The notes beneath the pieces are model-generated. The model ran no database searches, was not told where the DNA came from, and worked only from the letters and a program-made list of their open reading frames with translations. A stretch of 32,000 nucleotides of DNA from Candidatus Saccharimonadota bacterium. GTDB taxonomy: Bacteria > Pseudomonadota > Gammaproteobacteria > Enterobacterales > Enterobacteriaceae. The position numbers and the translations under genes are program-made. This document shows positions 19,673 to 28,360 of this stretch, one piece after another. Location: the NCBI RefSeq assembly GCF_039383305.1, contig NZ_CP135009.1:60001-92000 (forward strand). The letters are read 5' to 3'. The stretch's first letter is position 1. Each line of letters starts with the position of its first letter.

Positions 19673-19731
19673 AAATTATTTTTTTAATATAAAAATTTTT
19701 TTATATATCATTTTTTATTTTGGAATTTAAA

Positions 19732-21372
19732 ATGCATAATCAAATAGATAAATATTTAATAACTTGTGCTTTTCCTTATTCAAACGGGTCTATTCATTTA
19801 GGGCATTTGTTAGAACAGATACAAGCAGATATTTTAGTTCGTTATTTACGTATGAAATCACATATTGTATTTTTTATTTGTTCTGATGATACTCATGGAA
19901 CTGCAGTTATGTTGAAATCTCAAAAATTAAAGATTTCTTCAAAATTCTTAATTGAAAAAACTTTAAAAAAACATAAAAAAATTTTTAAAAAATTTTCAAT
20001 TTTTCATGATAATTATTCATCTACAAATTCTAAATTTAATAAAAAATTTTGTGAAAAAATTTATAAACAATTAAAGAAAAAAAAATTATTATTTAAGAAA
20101 AAAATTTTCCAATGGTATGATATTGAATTAAAAATTTTTTTATCAGATCGCTTTGTGAAAGGAACGTGCCCTCGGTGTCAAAGTTTTGATCAATTTGGAG
20201 ATCATTGTGAAAAATGTGGAGCTTTTTATTATTCGGGAGATCTGTTAAATGTTCGTTCTGTTTTATCTAATACTATTCCTATTTTAAAATCTTCTACACA
20301 TATTTTTTTTAATATAAAATATTTTAAAAATTTTTTAAAAAAATGGATTAAAAAAAAAGTTTTCCAAAATTCTGTTTTAAATAAAACGAAAGAATGGTTA
20401 TTTTCTGGGTTAAAAGCATGGAATATTTCAAGAGATTTTCCTTATTTTGGTTTTTTAATACCTGGTTTTTCAAAAAAATATTTTTATGTATGGTTTGATG
20501 CTATTATTGGTTATTTAAGTAATTTTGAGGAATTATGTTTTAAAAATTCTGAAATTATTTTTTCAGAATTTTGGAATTTACATTCTAAAATTATATTATA
20601 TCAATTTATTGGAAAAGATATTATTAATTTTCATACTTTATTTTGGCCTTCTATTTTAGAAGCAATTTCATATCGAAAACCTACTAAAATTTTTGCGCAT
20701 GGTCATATTACTTTTCAAGGTCGAAAATTATCTAAATCTCGAGGTATAGTTTTAACTGCAAAGAAATGGTTAAAATTTTTTGATTCTGATTCATTAAGAT
20801 ATTATTATGCTACTAAAATTAATAATAGTATTGAAGATATAGAAATTAATTTAGAAAATTTTATATATAAAATAAATTCTGATCTTGTTAATAGAATTGT
20901 AAATTTAGCAGCTCGCAATGCTAGTTTTCTAAAAAAAAATTTTTTAAATATTTTATCAAAAAAATTTATTAAATTAGATATATATTTAATATTTATAAAT
21001 TCTATTCCAATTATACAGAATTTTTATTTTAAACAAAAATTTTGTTTAGTAACACAGAAAATTATGGAGTTAGCAGATTTAGCAAATCAATATATTTCTA
21101 ATGAAAAACCTTGGAAATTATCTAATTCTAAAAAAGATTTAAAAAAAATGCATTTAATAGTTTCAATGGGAATTAATTTATTTCGCATTTTAATTACTTT
21201 TTTAAAACCAATTACTCCAGTTTTAGCTAAAAATGCAGAAAAATTTTTAAAAATTAAATTAACTTTTCAAAATTGTAAAGTTCCTTTATTAAATCATAAA
21301 ATTAAAAATTTTTTTAATTTGCATAATCGTCTTGATTTAAAAATTTTAAATTCTTTTTTTAAAAATATTTGA
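19732..21372 (+). CDS. metG: Methionine--tRNA ligase, short form lacking the C-terminal tRNA-binding/dimerisation domain
   Basis: The start was moved from the TTG at 19720 to the ATG at 19732. ITCAFPYSNGSIHLGH (HIGH region), the zinc knuckle CPRCQSFDQFGDHCEKCG and KLSKSRG (KMSKS) are present. The protein ends after about 546 aa, whereas E. coli MetRS has 677 aa. Confidence 0.94.
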   Translation: MHNQIDKYLITCAFPYSNGSIHLGHLLEQIQADILVRYLRMKSHIVFFICSDDTHGTAVMLKSQKLKISSKFLIEKTLKKHKKIFKKFSIFHDNYSSTNSKFNKKFCEKIYKQLKKKKLLFKKKIFQWYDIELKIFLSDRFVKGTCPRCQSFDQFGDHCEKCGAFYYSGDLLNVRSVLSNTIPILKSSTHIFFNIKYFKNFLKKWIKKKVFQNSVLNKTKEWLFSGLKAWNISRDFPYFGFLIPGFSKKYFYVWFDAIIGYLSNFEELCFKNSEIIFSEFWNLHSKIILYQFIGKDIINFHTLFWPSILEAISYRKPTKIFAHGHITFQGRKLSKSRGIVLTAKKWLKFFDSDSLRYYYATKINNSIEDIEINLENFIYKINSDLVNRIVNLAARNASFLKKNFLNILSKKFIKLDIYLIFINSIPIIQNFYFKQKFCLVTQKIMELADLANQYISNEKPWKLSNSKKDLKKMHLIVSMGINLFRILITFLKPITPVLAKNAEKFLKIKLTFQNCKVPLLNHKIKNFFNLHNRLDLKILNSFFKNI

Positions 21373-22729
21373 TATGTTGAATTTGATAAATTTTTTTATG
21401 ATTTTTTAAAGATTTTTTTTTTTTAATTAAAGAATACCATGAATAATAAATATGATGATATTTTTTTTTAGAAAAATTTTGACAATAAAAAAAACCTACT
21501 CCACAAATTAATTTTTTATTATAAAATATTAATGGAATTTTATGTCTCATTTCTAAAGGAATATTATAATCTTGCCAAATATCTTTAATATTTTTTTTTT
21601 TAGAATTTCCTAAAATATAAAAATCATTTTCTATAGTAAATTTTATATTTATAAGTGTATTTTTAAATGGGCATTTAGAAAATTTATATTTTTTAATTTT
21701 AGAAATTTTTAAATACCCTAAATTTTTTGGTAATTTTAAATTTTTTCTTTTAATTTTCCAAAATAAAATTATATTTTTGATATTTGGAATATAACATGTA
21801 AAAATTAAAAAATTTTTTTTATTATAAATTAAAAATTTTTTAAAAATAATTTTTTTTTGAATAAAATTTGAATTTTTTAAAAATTTTTTTTGAATATTTT
21901 CAATTAAGTGTTGTGGGGGAGATTTTTTAATTTTTTGATGAAGCCAAATTTTTAATAAAGAATTTTGAAAATTTTTTGATAATTTTGAAAATTTTTTAAT
22001 TGATAAATATTGATTTTGAATTAAATATTTTTTTAGTTTTTTTTTTAAAATTTTATAAAAAATTTTTTGTTCAATACTTAAAATATGAATACTAGTAGTA
22101 CAATTTTGTAGAAAATATTTCCATTTTTTTTGAAAAATAGGCAAAATTTTATGTCTAATAAAATTTCTTTCGTATTTTAAATCTGTATTTGTTTTATCTT
22201 CTATCCATAATAATTTATTTTTATATGCAATTTTAAAAATTTTTTTTTTAGAAAATGTTAAAAAAGGTCTCATTAAGTATGTATGAAAAAATTTTGTTAA
22301 AAATTTAATACCTGATAACCCTAAGATACCGCTTTTTCTTTTTAATGCTAAAAAAAAAGTTTCACATTGATCATTAAGATGATGAGCAGTTAATAAAATT
22401 TCTTTTTGTTTAAGTAATGTTTTGAAAATTTCATATCTAGAAATACGAGCACTTGCTTCTAATCCATATTTTTGAGTATTTTTTAAAAAAATGGATACTA
22501 AAATAAATGGAATTTTTTTTTTAATACAAAATTTTTTACAATAATTTTGTTGAATTTTAGAAGTTTCTGATAAATTATGATTAATATAAACTGCTCTGAT
22601 TTTAATATTTTTATATTTTTTTTGATATAAAAAAAATTCATTTAATAAAACAGTTGAATCTATTCCTCCGCTAAAAGCTATTAAAAATTTTTTAAATTGA
22701 GGATATTTTTGAAATATTTTTTTAATCAA
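21359..22729 (-). CDS. tilS: tRNA(Ile)-lysidine synthase
   Basis: PP-loop motif FLIAFSGGIDSTVLL near the N-terminus, followed by LTAHHLNDQCETFFL. Length is 456 aa. Its 3' end overlaps the metG 3' end by 14 nt, in convergent orientation. Confidence 0.9.
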   Translation of the reverse strand: MIKKIFQKYPQFKKFLIAFSGGIDSTVLLNEFFLYQKKYKNIKIRAVYINHNLSETSKIQQNYCKKFCIKKKIPFILVSIFLKNTQKYGLEASARISRYEIFKTLLKQKEILLTAHHLNDQCETFFLALKRKSGILGLSGIKFLTKFFHTYLMRPFLTFSKKKIFKIAYKNKLLWIEDKTNTDLKYERNFIRHKILPIFQKKWKYFLQNCTTSIHILSIEQKIFYKILKKKLKKYLIQNQYLSIKKFSKLSKNFQNSLLKIWLHQKIKKSPPQHLIENIQKKFLKNSNFIQKKIIFKKFLIYNKKNFLIFTCYIPNIKNIILFWKIKRKNLKLPKNLGYLKISKIKKYKFSKCPFKNTLINIKFTIENDFYILGNSKKKNIKDIWQDYNIPLEMRHKIPLIFYNKKLICGVGFFYCQNFSKKKYHHIYYSWYSLIKKKKSLKNHKKIYQIQHIKYF

Positions 22730-22790
22730 ATTAGAAAAGCTCTTTTTTAAAAAAAATAATTTATAAAAAATTATAAATTTTATAATTATA

Positions 22791-22865
22791 TACGTTTGAT
22801 TGGATTTGAACCAATAACCTCTATTATGTCATAATAGTGCTCTAACCAAATTGAGCTACAAACGT
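22791..22865 (-). tRNA. tRNA-Val (anticodon GAC)
   Basis: The reverse complement ACGTTTG-TA-GCTC-AATTTGGTTA-GAGC-A-CTATT-ATGACAT-AATAG-AGGTT-ATTGG-TTCAAAT-CCAAT-CAAACGT-A folds into a perfect 75-nt cloverleaf. The anticodon loop AT-GAC-AT gives anticodon GAC. It is similar to E. coli valV/valW. No 3' CCA is encoded. Confidence 0.93.
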
Positions 22866-23202
22866 AATTTTTAAATTTATAAAATATAATATATTTTTTT
22901 TAAAAAAAATACAATATTTTTTAATAAATTTTTATAAAAATTTTCTTTAAAATCCTATTAATACTATTTTATAAATAATATTGAATTTATAAGAAAAATT
23001 ATATATTATTATAAAATTGATTAAAGTATTTTTTAAAAGTATAAATTTTATATTAAAAAAGATTTTTTTTAAGAATTTAAAATATTTTTTAAAATAATTA
23101 AGTTATTTTATAAAATATAAATTAAATTTTTTATATTTTTTTTAAAAAAATTTAAAAAATTTTAAAATTATATTCACTAGATATATACACAATAATTCAG
23201 AT

Positions 23203-23835
23203 ATGAATAAAAAAAAAAGATTATCTATTTTATCTGCTTTAGAAAAACAGTGTTATTCTCCTCAATCAGAATTAAAATATTCTACTAATTTTCAATTATT
23301 AATTTCTGTAATTTTATCAGCTAGAACTACGGATAAAAATGTAAATCGCGTTACAAAAAAATTATTTAAAATTGCACCTTCTCCATTAGAATTATGTTTA
23401 TTAGGAGAAAAAAAAATTATAGAAATTATTCATTCTTTGGGTTTATATAAAAAAAAATCTCAATATTTATATCAAGTTTCTAGAATTATTTTATATAAAT
23501 ATTTTAATAATTTTCCTAATACTTTATTTAAATTATTAAAATTGCCAGGAGTAGGACGTAAAACGGCGAATATTATATTAAATAAAATTTTTGAAAAAAA
23601 TACAATTGCAGTTGATGTTCATGTGTTTAGGATATGTAATAGGACCAATTTTGTTTCAGGGAAAACATATAAAGATGTAGAATTAAAATTAAAACGTATC
23701 GTACCTTGGAGATTTCAATCTCGTTTTCATGATTGGTTAGTTTTACATGGTCGTTATGTATGTAAATCTAGATTTCCGAAATGTAAAATTTGTATTTTAA
23801 AAAAATTTTGCGAATATTCAAAAAAAATATTATAA
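23203..23835 (+). CDS. nth: Endonuclease III (DNA glycosylase / AP lyase)
   Basis: 210 aa. The HhH-GPD motif LPGVGRKTANIIL includes the catalytic Lys. VDVHVFRI carries the Asp. The C-terminal 4Fe-4S ligands are CKSRFPKCKICILKKFC (C-x6-C-x2-C-x5-C). Confidence 0.94.
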   Translation: MNKKKRLSILSALEKQCYSPQSELKYSTNFQLLISVILSARTTDKNVNRVTKKLFKIAPSPLELCLLGEKKIIEIIHSLGLYKKKSQYLYQVSRIILYKYFNNFPNTLFKLLKLPGVGRKTANIILNKIFEKNTIAVDVHVFRICNRTNFVSGKTYKDVELKLKRIVPWRFQSRFHDWLVLHGRYVCKSRFPKCKICILKKFCEYSKKIL

Positions 23836-24034
23836 ATTTTATATTTTTAAAATTAAAATTTTAATTATTTAATAAAATAGAAAAATTATTTAAAATTTTT
23901 TTTTAAGAAAAATAAAATAAATATTTTTTGAAATAATATTTAAAATTTTTTTGAAATTTTAGAAATTTTTATTTCTTTAGAAATATTGTTTTTAATTTAT
24001 TATACAAAAATTATTTTATAGGATTAAAAATCAT

Positions 24035-25318
24035 ATGTTACATAATTATGACTGTATAAATTTTTTAAAGAAAAAAGGGTTGATTTTTCAGCTTTCAAAT
24101 GAAAATAGTCTAAAAAATTATATGTTTCAAAAAAAAATTTTTTTATATTGTGGATTTGATCCAACTGCAGAAAGTTTGCATATAGGGCATTTATTACCTA
24201 TTATTTGTTTAAAAATTTTTCAGAAATATGGACATACTCCTTATATAGTATTAGGAGGAGGTACTTGTATTATTGGAGATCCTAGTTTTCAAAAAGGTTT
24301 ACGTCAAAAAATATCTTTAAATATTATTAAAATGAATCAAAAAAGCATTAAAAAACAATTATCTTTTTTTTTACCTAAAAAAAATATTTTTAATAGTGTA
24401 AAATTTTTAAATAATTTTGATTGGTTTAAAAATATGACTTTTTTTTCTTTTTTAGAAAATTTTGGAAAATATTTTTCGGTAAATTCTATGATTAATAGAG
24501 ATTGTGTTAAAAAGAGATTAAATAATCATAATTTAGGTTTATCGTTTGCAGAATTTTCTTATACTTTATTACAAGCCTATGATTTTTATTATTTATACAA
24601 AAATTATGGAATTATTTTGCAAATAGGAGGATCAGATCAATGGGGAAATATGATTTCTGGTATTCATTTAATAAATAAAATTTTCAAAAAACAAGTTTTT
24701 AGTTTAACTGTGCCATTATTTACTAAAAAAAATGGAGAAAAATTTGGAAAATCAGAAACAGGAACTATTTGGTTAGATTCTCAAAAAACCAGTCCTTATT
24801 CTTTTTATCAATATTGGAGAAATATTCCAGATGAAATGGTAGATAAAGCTTTACAATTATTTGTAATATTTGGTATCACTACAAAATTTTTTATTTCAAA
24901 AGCAGATATAGATTCAAAAAATATTATTGAAAAAAAAATATTATTGGCTGAAACTATGACTTTATTTGTACATGGAGATTATTGTTTAATAGCAGTTCAA
25001 AGAATTATATGTTGTTTATTTAATTCTAACAGTTTATTGAGTTTAACTGAAAAAGATTTTTTACAATTATTACAAGATGGTATTCCGTCTTATACTTGTG
25101 TAAAGTTTTGTTCATTACCTGAATTATTAGTTAAAATTGAGTTAGCCCCATCCAGATATCAAGCAAGAGTTATGATTCTTTCGGGGGCTATACAAATTAA
25201 TCGAAAAATTGAAAAAAATATAAATTTTTTTTTTTCTAAGCAAGATATTTTTTTTAAAAAATATACTTTAATATGTAGAGGTAAAAAAAATTATATTTTA
25301 ATACATTGGATAATATGA
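24035..25318 (+). CDS. tyrS: Tyrosine--tRNA ligase
   Basis: 427 aa. YCGFDPTAESLHIGHLLP (HIGH), QIGGSDQWGN and KFGKSE (KMSKS) are present. The C-terminal S4-like domain ends RGKKNYILIHW, compared with E. coli RGKKNYCLICW. Confidence 0.95.
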   Translation: MLHNYDCINFLKKKGLIFQLSNENSLKNYMFQKKIFLYCGFDPTAESLHIGHLLPIICLKIFQKYGHTPYIVLGGGTCIIGDPSFQKGLRQKISLNIIKMNQKSIKKQLSFFLPKKNIFNSVKFLNNFDWFKNMTFFSFLENFGKYFSVNSMINRDCVKKRLNNHNLGLSFAEFSYTLLQAYDFYYLYKNYGIILQIGGSDQWGNMISGIHLINKIFKKQVFSLTVPLFTKKNGEKFGKSETGTIWLDSQKTSPYSFYQYWRNIPDEMVDKALQLFVIFGITTKFFISKADIDSKNIIEKKILLAETMTLFVHGDYCLIAVQRIICCLFNSNSLLSLTEKDFLQLLQDGIPSYTCVKFCSLPELLVKIELAPSRYQARVMILSGAIQINRKIEKNINFFFSKQDIFFKKYTLICRGKKNYILIHWII

Positions 25319-25335
25319 TTTTTATTTAATATATT

Positions 25336-25686
25336 TTAAATTTGAAAACTTTCTCCACAACCACATAAATTTTTTGTTTTTGAATTTTTAAAAATAAATA
25401 TGGAATTAAGTCCTTTTTTTAAATAATCAATTGTTATATTTTGAATATATAAGATCCATTTTTTAGGAATATAAAATTTAATTTTTTTTTTAAAAATTTT
25501 AATATCTTTTTTAAAAATTTGAGTAATTAAACTTAGATGATATTTAAATCCTGCACATCCTGTTTTTTTAATTGTTATTTGTATTCCTTTAGCGGTATTA
25601 TTTTTTTCTAATAAATATAAAAGCTGTTTTGTTGCGCTTTTTGTAAGATATATATTATATTTATTTTTTAAAGTATTAATTTTCAT
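25336..25686 (-). CDS. sufA: A-type iron-sulfur cluster carrier, SufA-like (HesB family)
   Basis: 116 aa. KKTGCAGFKY and the C-terminus GLNSIFIFKNSKTKNLCGCGESFQI resemble E. coli SufA (KQTGCAGFGY ... [25 protein letters not shown]). All three Cys ligands are present. The assignment to SufA rather than IscA or ErpA rests on motif similarity and on synteny with ydiK and aroH. Confidence 0.8.
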   Translation of the reverse strand: MKINTLKNKYNIYLTKSATKQLLYLLEKNNTAKGIQITIKKTGCAGFKYHLSLITQIFKKDIKIFKKKIKFYIPKKWILYIQNITIDYLKKGLNSIFIFKNSKTKNLCGCGESFQI

Positions 25687-25846
25687 AATAGAATCCTAAT
25701 ATTAGAGAGTAAGAAAATTTTATTTTATTTATAAATTTTTATAAATTTTATTTTAAAAAATATTTTTATATTATTTATATAAAAATATTTTTTATATTTT
25801 TAAAAAAATTTTAAATCTTATTTTATCATTGAGGTATCATTTTTAT

Positions 25847-26956
25847 ATGTATAATTTTAAAGATAAGATGGATTTACCTAAAACTACATTTTTATTAATG
25901 TTTATTTTTTCAATGATAGTTATTAGTTTTTATATTTTAAAGCCCTTTATTATTGGATTTTTGTGGTCTGGAATGATTGTTATTGCGACTTGGTCTATAT
26001 TTTTAAAAATTCAGTTTTTTTTTAAGGGAAATAAAAGTGTATCTGCTTTTTTTATGACTTTTTTTTTATTAATATTTTTTATTTGTCCTATTTTTTATTT
26101 GATAAATTCTTGTATAGAAAATTGTTTACCAATATTAAAATGGTTTAGTGCAAAACATTTTCAATTACCAAATTTATATATTTTAAATAATATCCCATAT
26201 ATTGGGCAAAAATTATATATTAATTATCAAAAAATTTTAAATACTGGCGGAAGATCTATTTTACATTATATTCGTCCTTATTTTGGCAGTACTACAGAAT
26301 TTTTTATTACAAAATTAAATTATTTTACGAATTTTTTTTTACATTTATTTTTAATGTTAATTTTTAGTTTTTTTTTATATTTACATGGTGAAAAAGTTTC
26401 CAATATGTTACGTCATTTTGCATTTAGATTAGGTTCTACTTCAGGTGATGCGGTAGTGTTATTAGCAGGACGAGCTATTCGATCAGTAGCTTTAGGAGTA
26501 GTTATTACTTCATTAGTTCAAGGAGTTTTAAGTATTATAGGTTTGTCGATTTCTGGAATTCCTTTTTCTTCTGTTTTACTTGTTCCGATAATTTTATTTA
26601 GTTTATTACAAATAGGCCCTTTACCTATTTTGTTACCTTCTGTTATTTGGTTATATTGGATGAATTATCCGATTAAAGGTACGATTTTATTGATTTGGAG
26701 TTTAATAATCTGTATATTAGACAATGTATTACGTACTTTTTTAATTCGTTTAGGAGTTGATTTTCCTGTATTATTATTATTAGCTGGAATAATTGGGGGT
26801 GTTGTGTCTTTCGGATTAATAGGTTTATTTATTGGTCCAGTTGTTTTAGTTATTTCTTATCGTTTAATAGTAATATGGATGAATGAATCTCCTATTTCAA
26901 GAAATAAATATAAAAGTATTACGAAAAATATTATAAAAAAATATCATGAATATTAG
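25847..26956 (+). CDS. ydiK: AI-2E/PerM-family integral membrane transporter (YdiK-like)
   Basis: About 369 aa, highly hydrophobic with multiple predicted transmembrane segments. Its size and its position next to aroH match E. coli ydiK. The start is uncertain: TTG at 25829 (ORF track), ATG at 25847 (chosen, GAGG at 25831..25834) or ATG at 25868. Confidence 0.75.
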   Translation: MYNFKDKMDLPKTTFLLMFIFSMIVISFYILKPFIIGFLWSGMIVIATWSIFLKIQFFFKGNKSVSAFFMTFFLLIFFICPIFYLINSCIENCLPILKWFSAKHFQLPNLYILNNIPYIGQKLYINYQKILNTGGRSILHYIRPYFGSTTEFFITKLNYFTNFFLHLFLMLIFSFFLYLHGEKVSNMLRHFAFRLGSTSGDAVVLLAGRAIRSVALGVVITSLVQGVLSIIGLSISGIPFSSVLLVPIILFSLLQIGPLPILLPSVIWLYWMNYPIKGTILLIWSLIICILDNVLRTFLIRLGVDFPVLLLLAGIIGGVVSFGLIGLFIGPVVLVISYRLIVIWMNESPISRNKYKSITKNIIKKYHEY

Positions 26957-27186
26957 TTAATTGATATGTTAATAATTTTTTATTTTTTATAAAAAAAAAT
27001 TAATATATGATATAAAGTACATAAAATTTTTTAATATACTTTTATATAAATATATTTTTTTTTTATAAAATATAGAATTTTTAGAAAAATATGTTTTGTA
27101 TTTTGTTTTTTATATAAAAAATTCTTTATATAAAATAACAAAATTTTTACAAAAAAATTTTTATATATTAAAAAATAGAGAAAATT

Positions 27187-28233
27187 ATGAAAAATATTGA
27201 TAATTTAAATATTTTTAAAATGGAACCTTTAATTACGCGTAAAAAATTACTCAAGAAATATCCAGTTACAAAATTTGTAAGAAATTTAATTATACAAACG
27301 CGTAGAAATATTAAAAATATTTTATTAGGAAAAGATAAGAGATTATTAGTAATTATTGGTCCATGTTCTTTACATAATGTAGAATCATCTATTGAATATG
27401 CAAAGAAATTATATGAATTGCGTAAAAAATTTTCTTCTCGATTAGAGATCGTAATGCGGACATATTTCGAAAAACCAAGAACTGTAATAGGTTGGAAAGG
27501 TTTAATTACAGATCCATATTTAGATGGGAGTTTAAAAATTAATGATGGTTTAGAAATTTCTAGAAATTTATTATTAAAAATTAATATGTTAGGGATGCCT
27601 GCAGCAACAGAATTTTTAGATATGGTAATTAGTCATTTTTTAACAGATTTAATAAGTTGGGGAGCTATTGGAGCTCGTACTACTGAAAGTCAAATACATC
27701 GCGAAATGGCTTCTTCTTTATTATGTCCTATTGGATTTAAAAATGGAACAGATGGAAATATTAATATTGCAATTGATGCAATTCGTGCCTCAAAAAGAAT
27801 GCATTTATTTCTTAATTCTGATGAAAATGGGATAATGAATATTAATTATACTTTAGGTAATACTATATCGCATATTATTATGCGGGGAGGAAAAATACCA
27901 AATTATTATTCTGTAAATTTAAAAGATGCTGTACAACAATTAAATAGTTTTAAATTACCTCCATATTTAATGGTAGATTTTAGTCATTCTAATTCATTAA
28001 AAAATTATAAACGTCAATTAGATGTAGCTGAATCGATAATGAAACAAATAACCGATGGTGCAAATTATATTTCTGGAGTCATGATAGAAAGTTTTTTAAA
28101 AGAAGGTTCTCAAAATATTTCTGATACAAAAAATTTAAAATATGGAATTTCTATTACAGATGCATGTTTAGGTTGGCAAGATAGTGAGTACCTTTTAAGT
28201 AATTTATTTCGAGCTTTAAAAATTCGTTTTTAA
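27187..28233 (+). CDS. aroH: DAHP synthase, AroH-type (the Trp-sensitive isozyme in E. coli)
   Basis: 348 aa, the same length as E. coli AroH. KDKRLLVIIGPCS, RLEIVMRTYFEKPRTVIGWKGLITDP, LISWGAIGARTTESQIHREMASS, GFKNGTDGN and IMRGGK are near-identical to AroH. Confidence 0.95.
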   Translation: MKNIDNLNIFKMEPLITRKKLLKKYPVTKFVRNLIIQTRRNIKNILLGKDKRLLVIIGPCSLHNVESSIEYAKKLYELRKKFSSRLEIVMRTYFEKPRTVIGWKGLITDPYLDGSLKINDGLEISRNLLLKINMLGMPAATEFLDMVISHFLTDLISWGAIGARTTESQIHREMASSLLCPIGFKNGTDGNINIAIDAIRASKRMHLFLNSDENGIMNINYTLGNTISHIIMRGGKIPNYYSVNLKDAVQQLNSFKLPPYLMVDFSHSNSLKNYKRQLDVAESIMKQITDGANYISGVMIESFLKEGSQNISDTKNLKYGISITDACLGWQDSEYLLSNLFRALKIRF

Positions 28234-28360
28234 TTTTTTTTTAAAAAAATAAAAATTTTATAAAAAAATAAATTTAATAGATACTTAGTTTTTATTTTTT
28301 TATTTTAAAGTTTACAATATTAAAAATATGATAATTTATTATCATAATTTAGGATTTAAT

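Noticed and set aside
23961-23984. Triple-arm motif agaaat-tttt-atttct-tt-agaaat upstream of tyrS, considered as a regulatory switch
   Set aside because: The arms are only 6 bp with minimal loops. Gammaproteobacterial tyrS is not known to use a T-box or a similar riboswitch. Most likely a chance palindrome.
28328-28345. Small inverted repeat (atgata-atttat-tatcat) just upstream of the thrS ribosome-binding site, considered as a vestige of the E. coli thrS operator (tRNA-Thr anticodon-arm mimic)
   Set aside because: The stem is 6-8 bp of A/T only, and the loop (AUUUAU) has no anticodon-like CGU/GGU sequence. It cannot be distinguished from chance palindromes in this composition.
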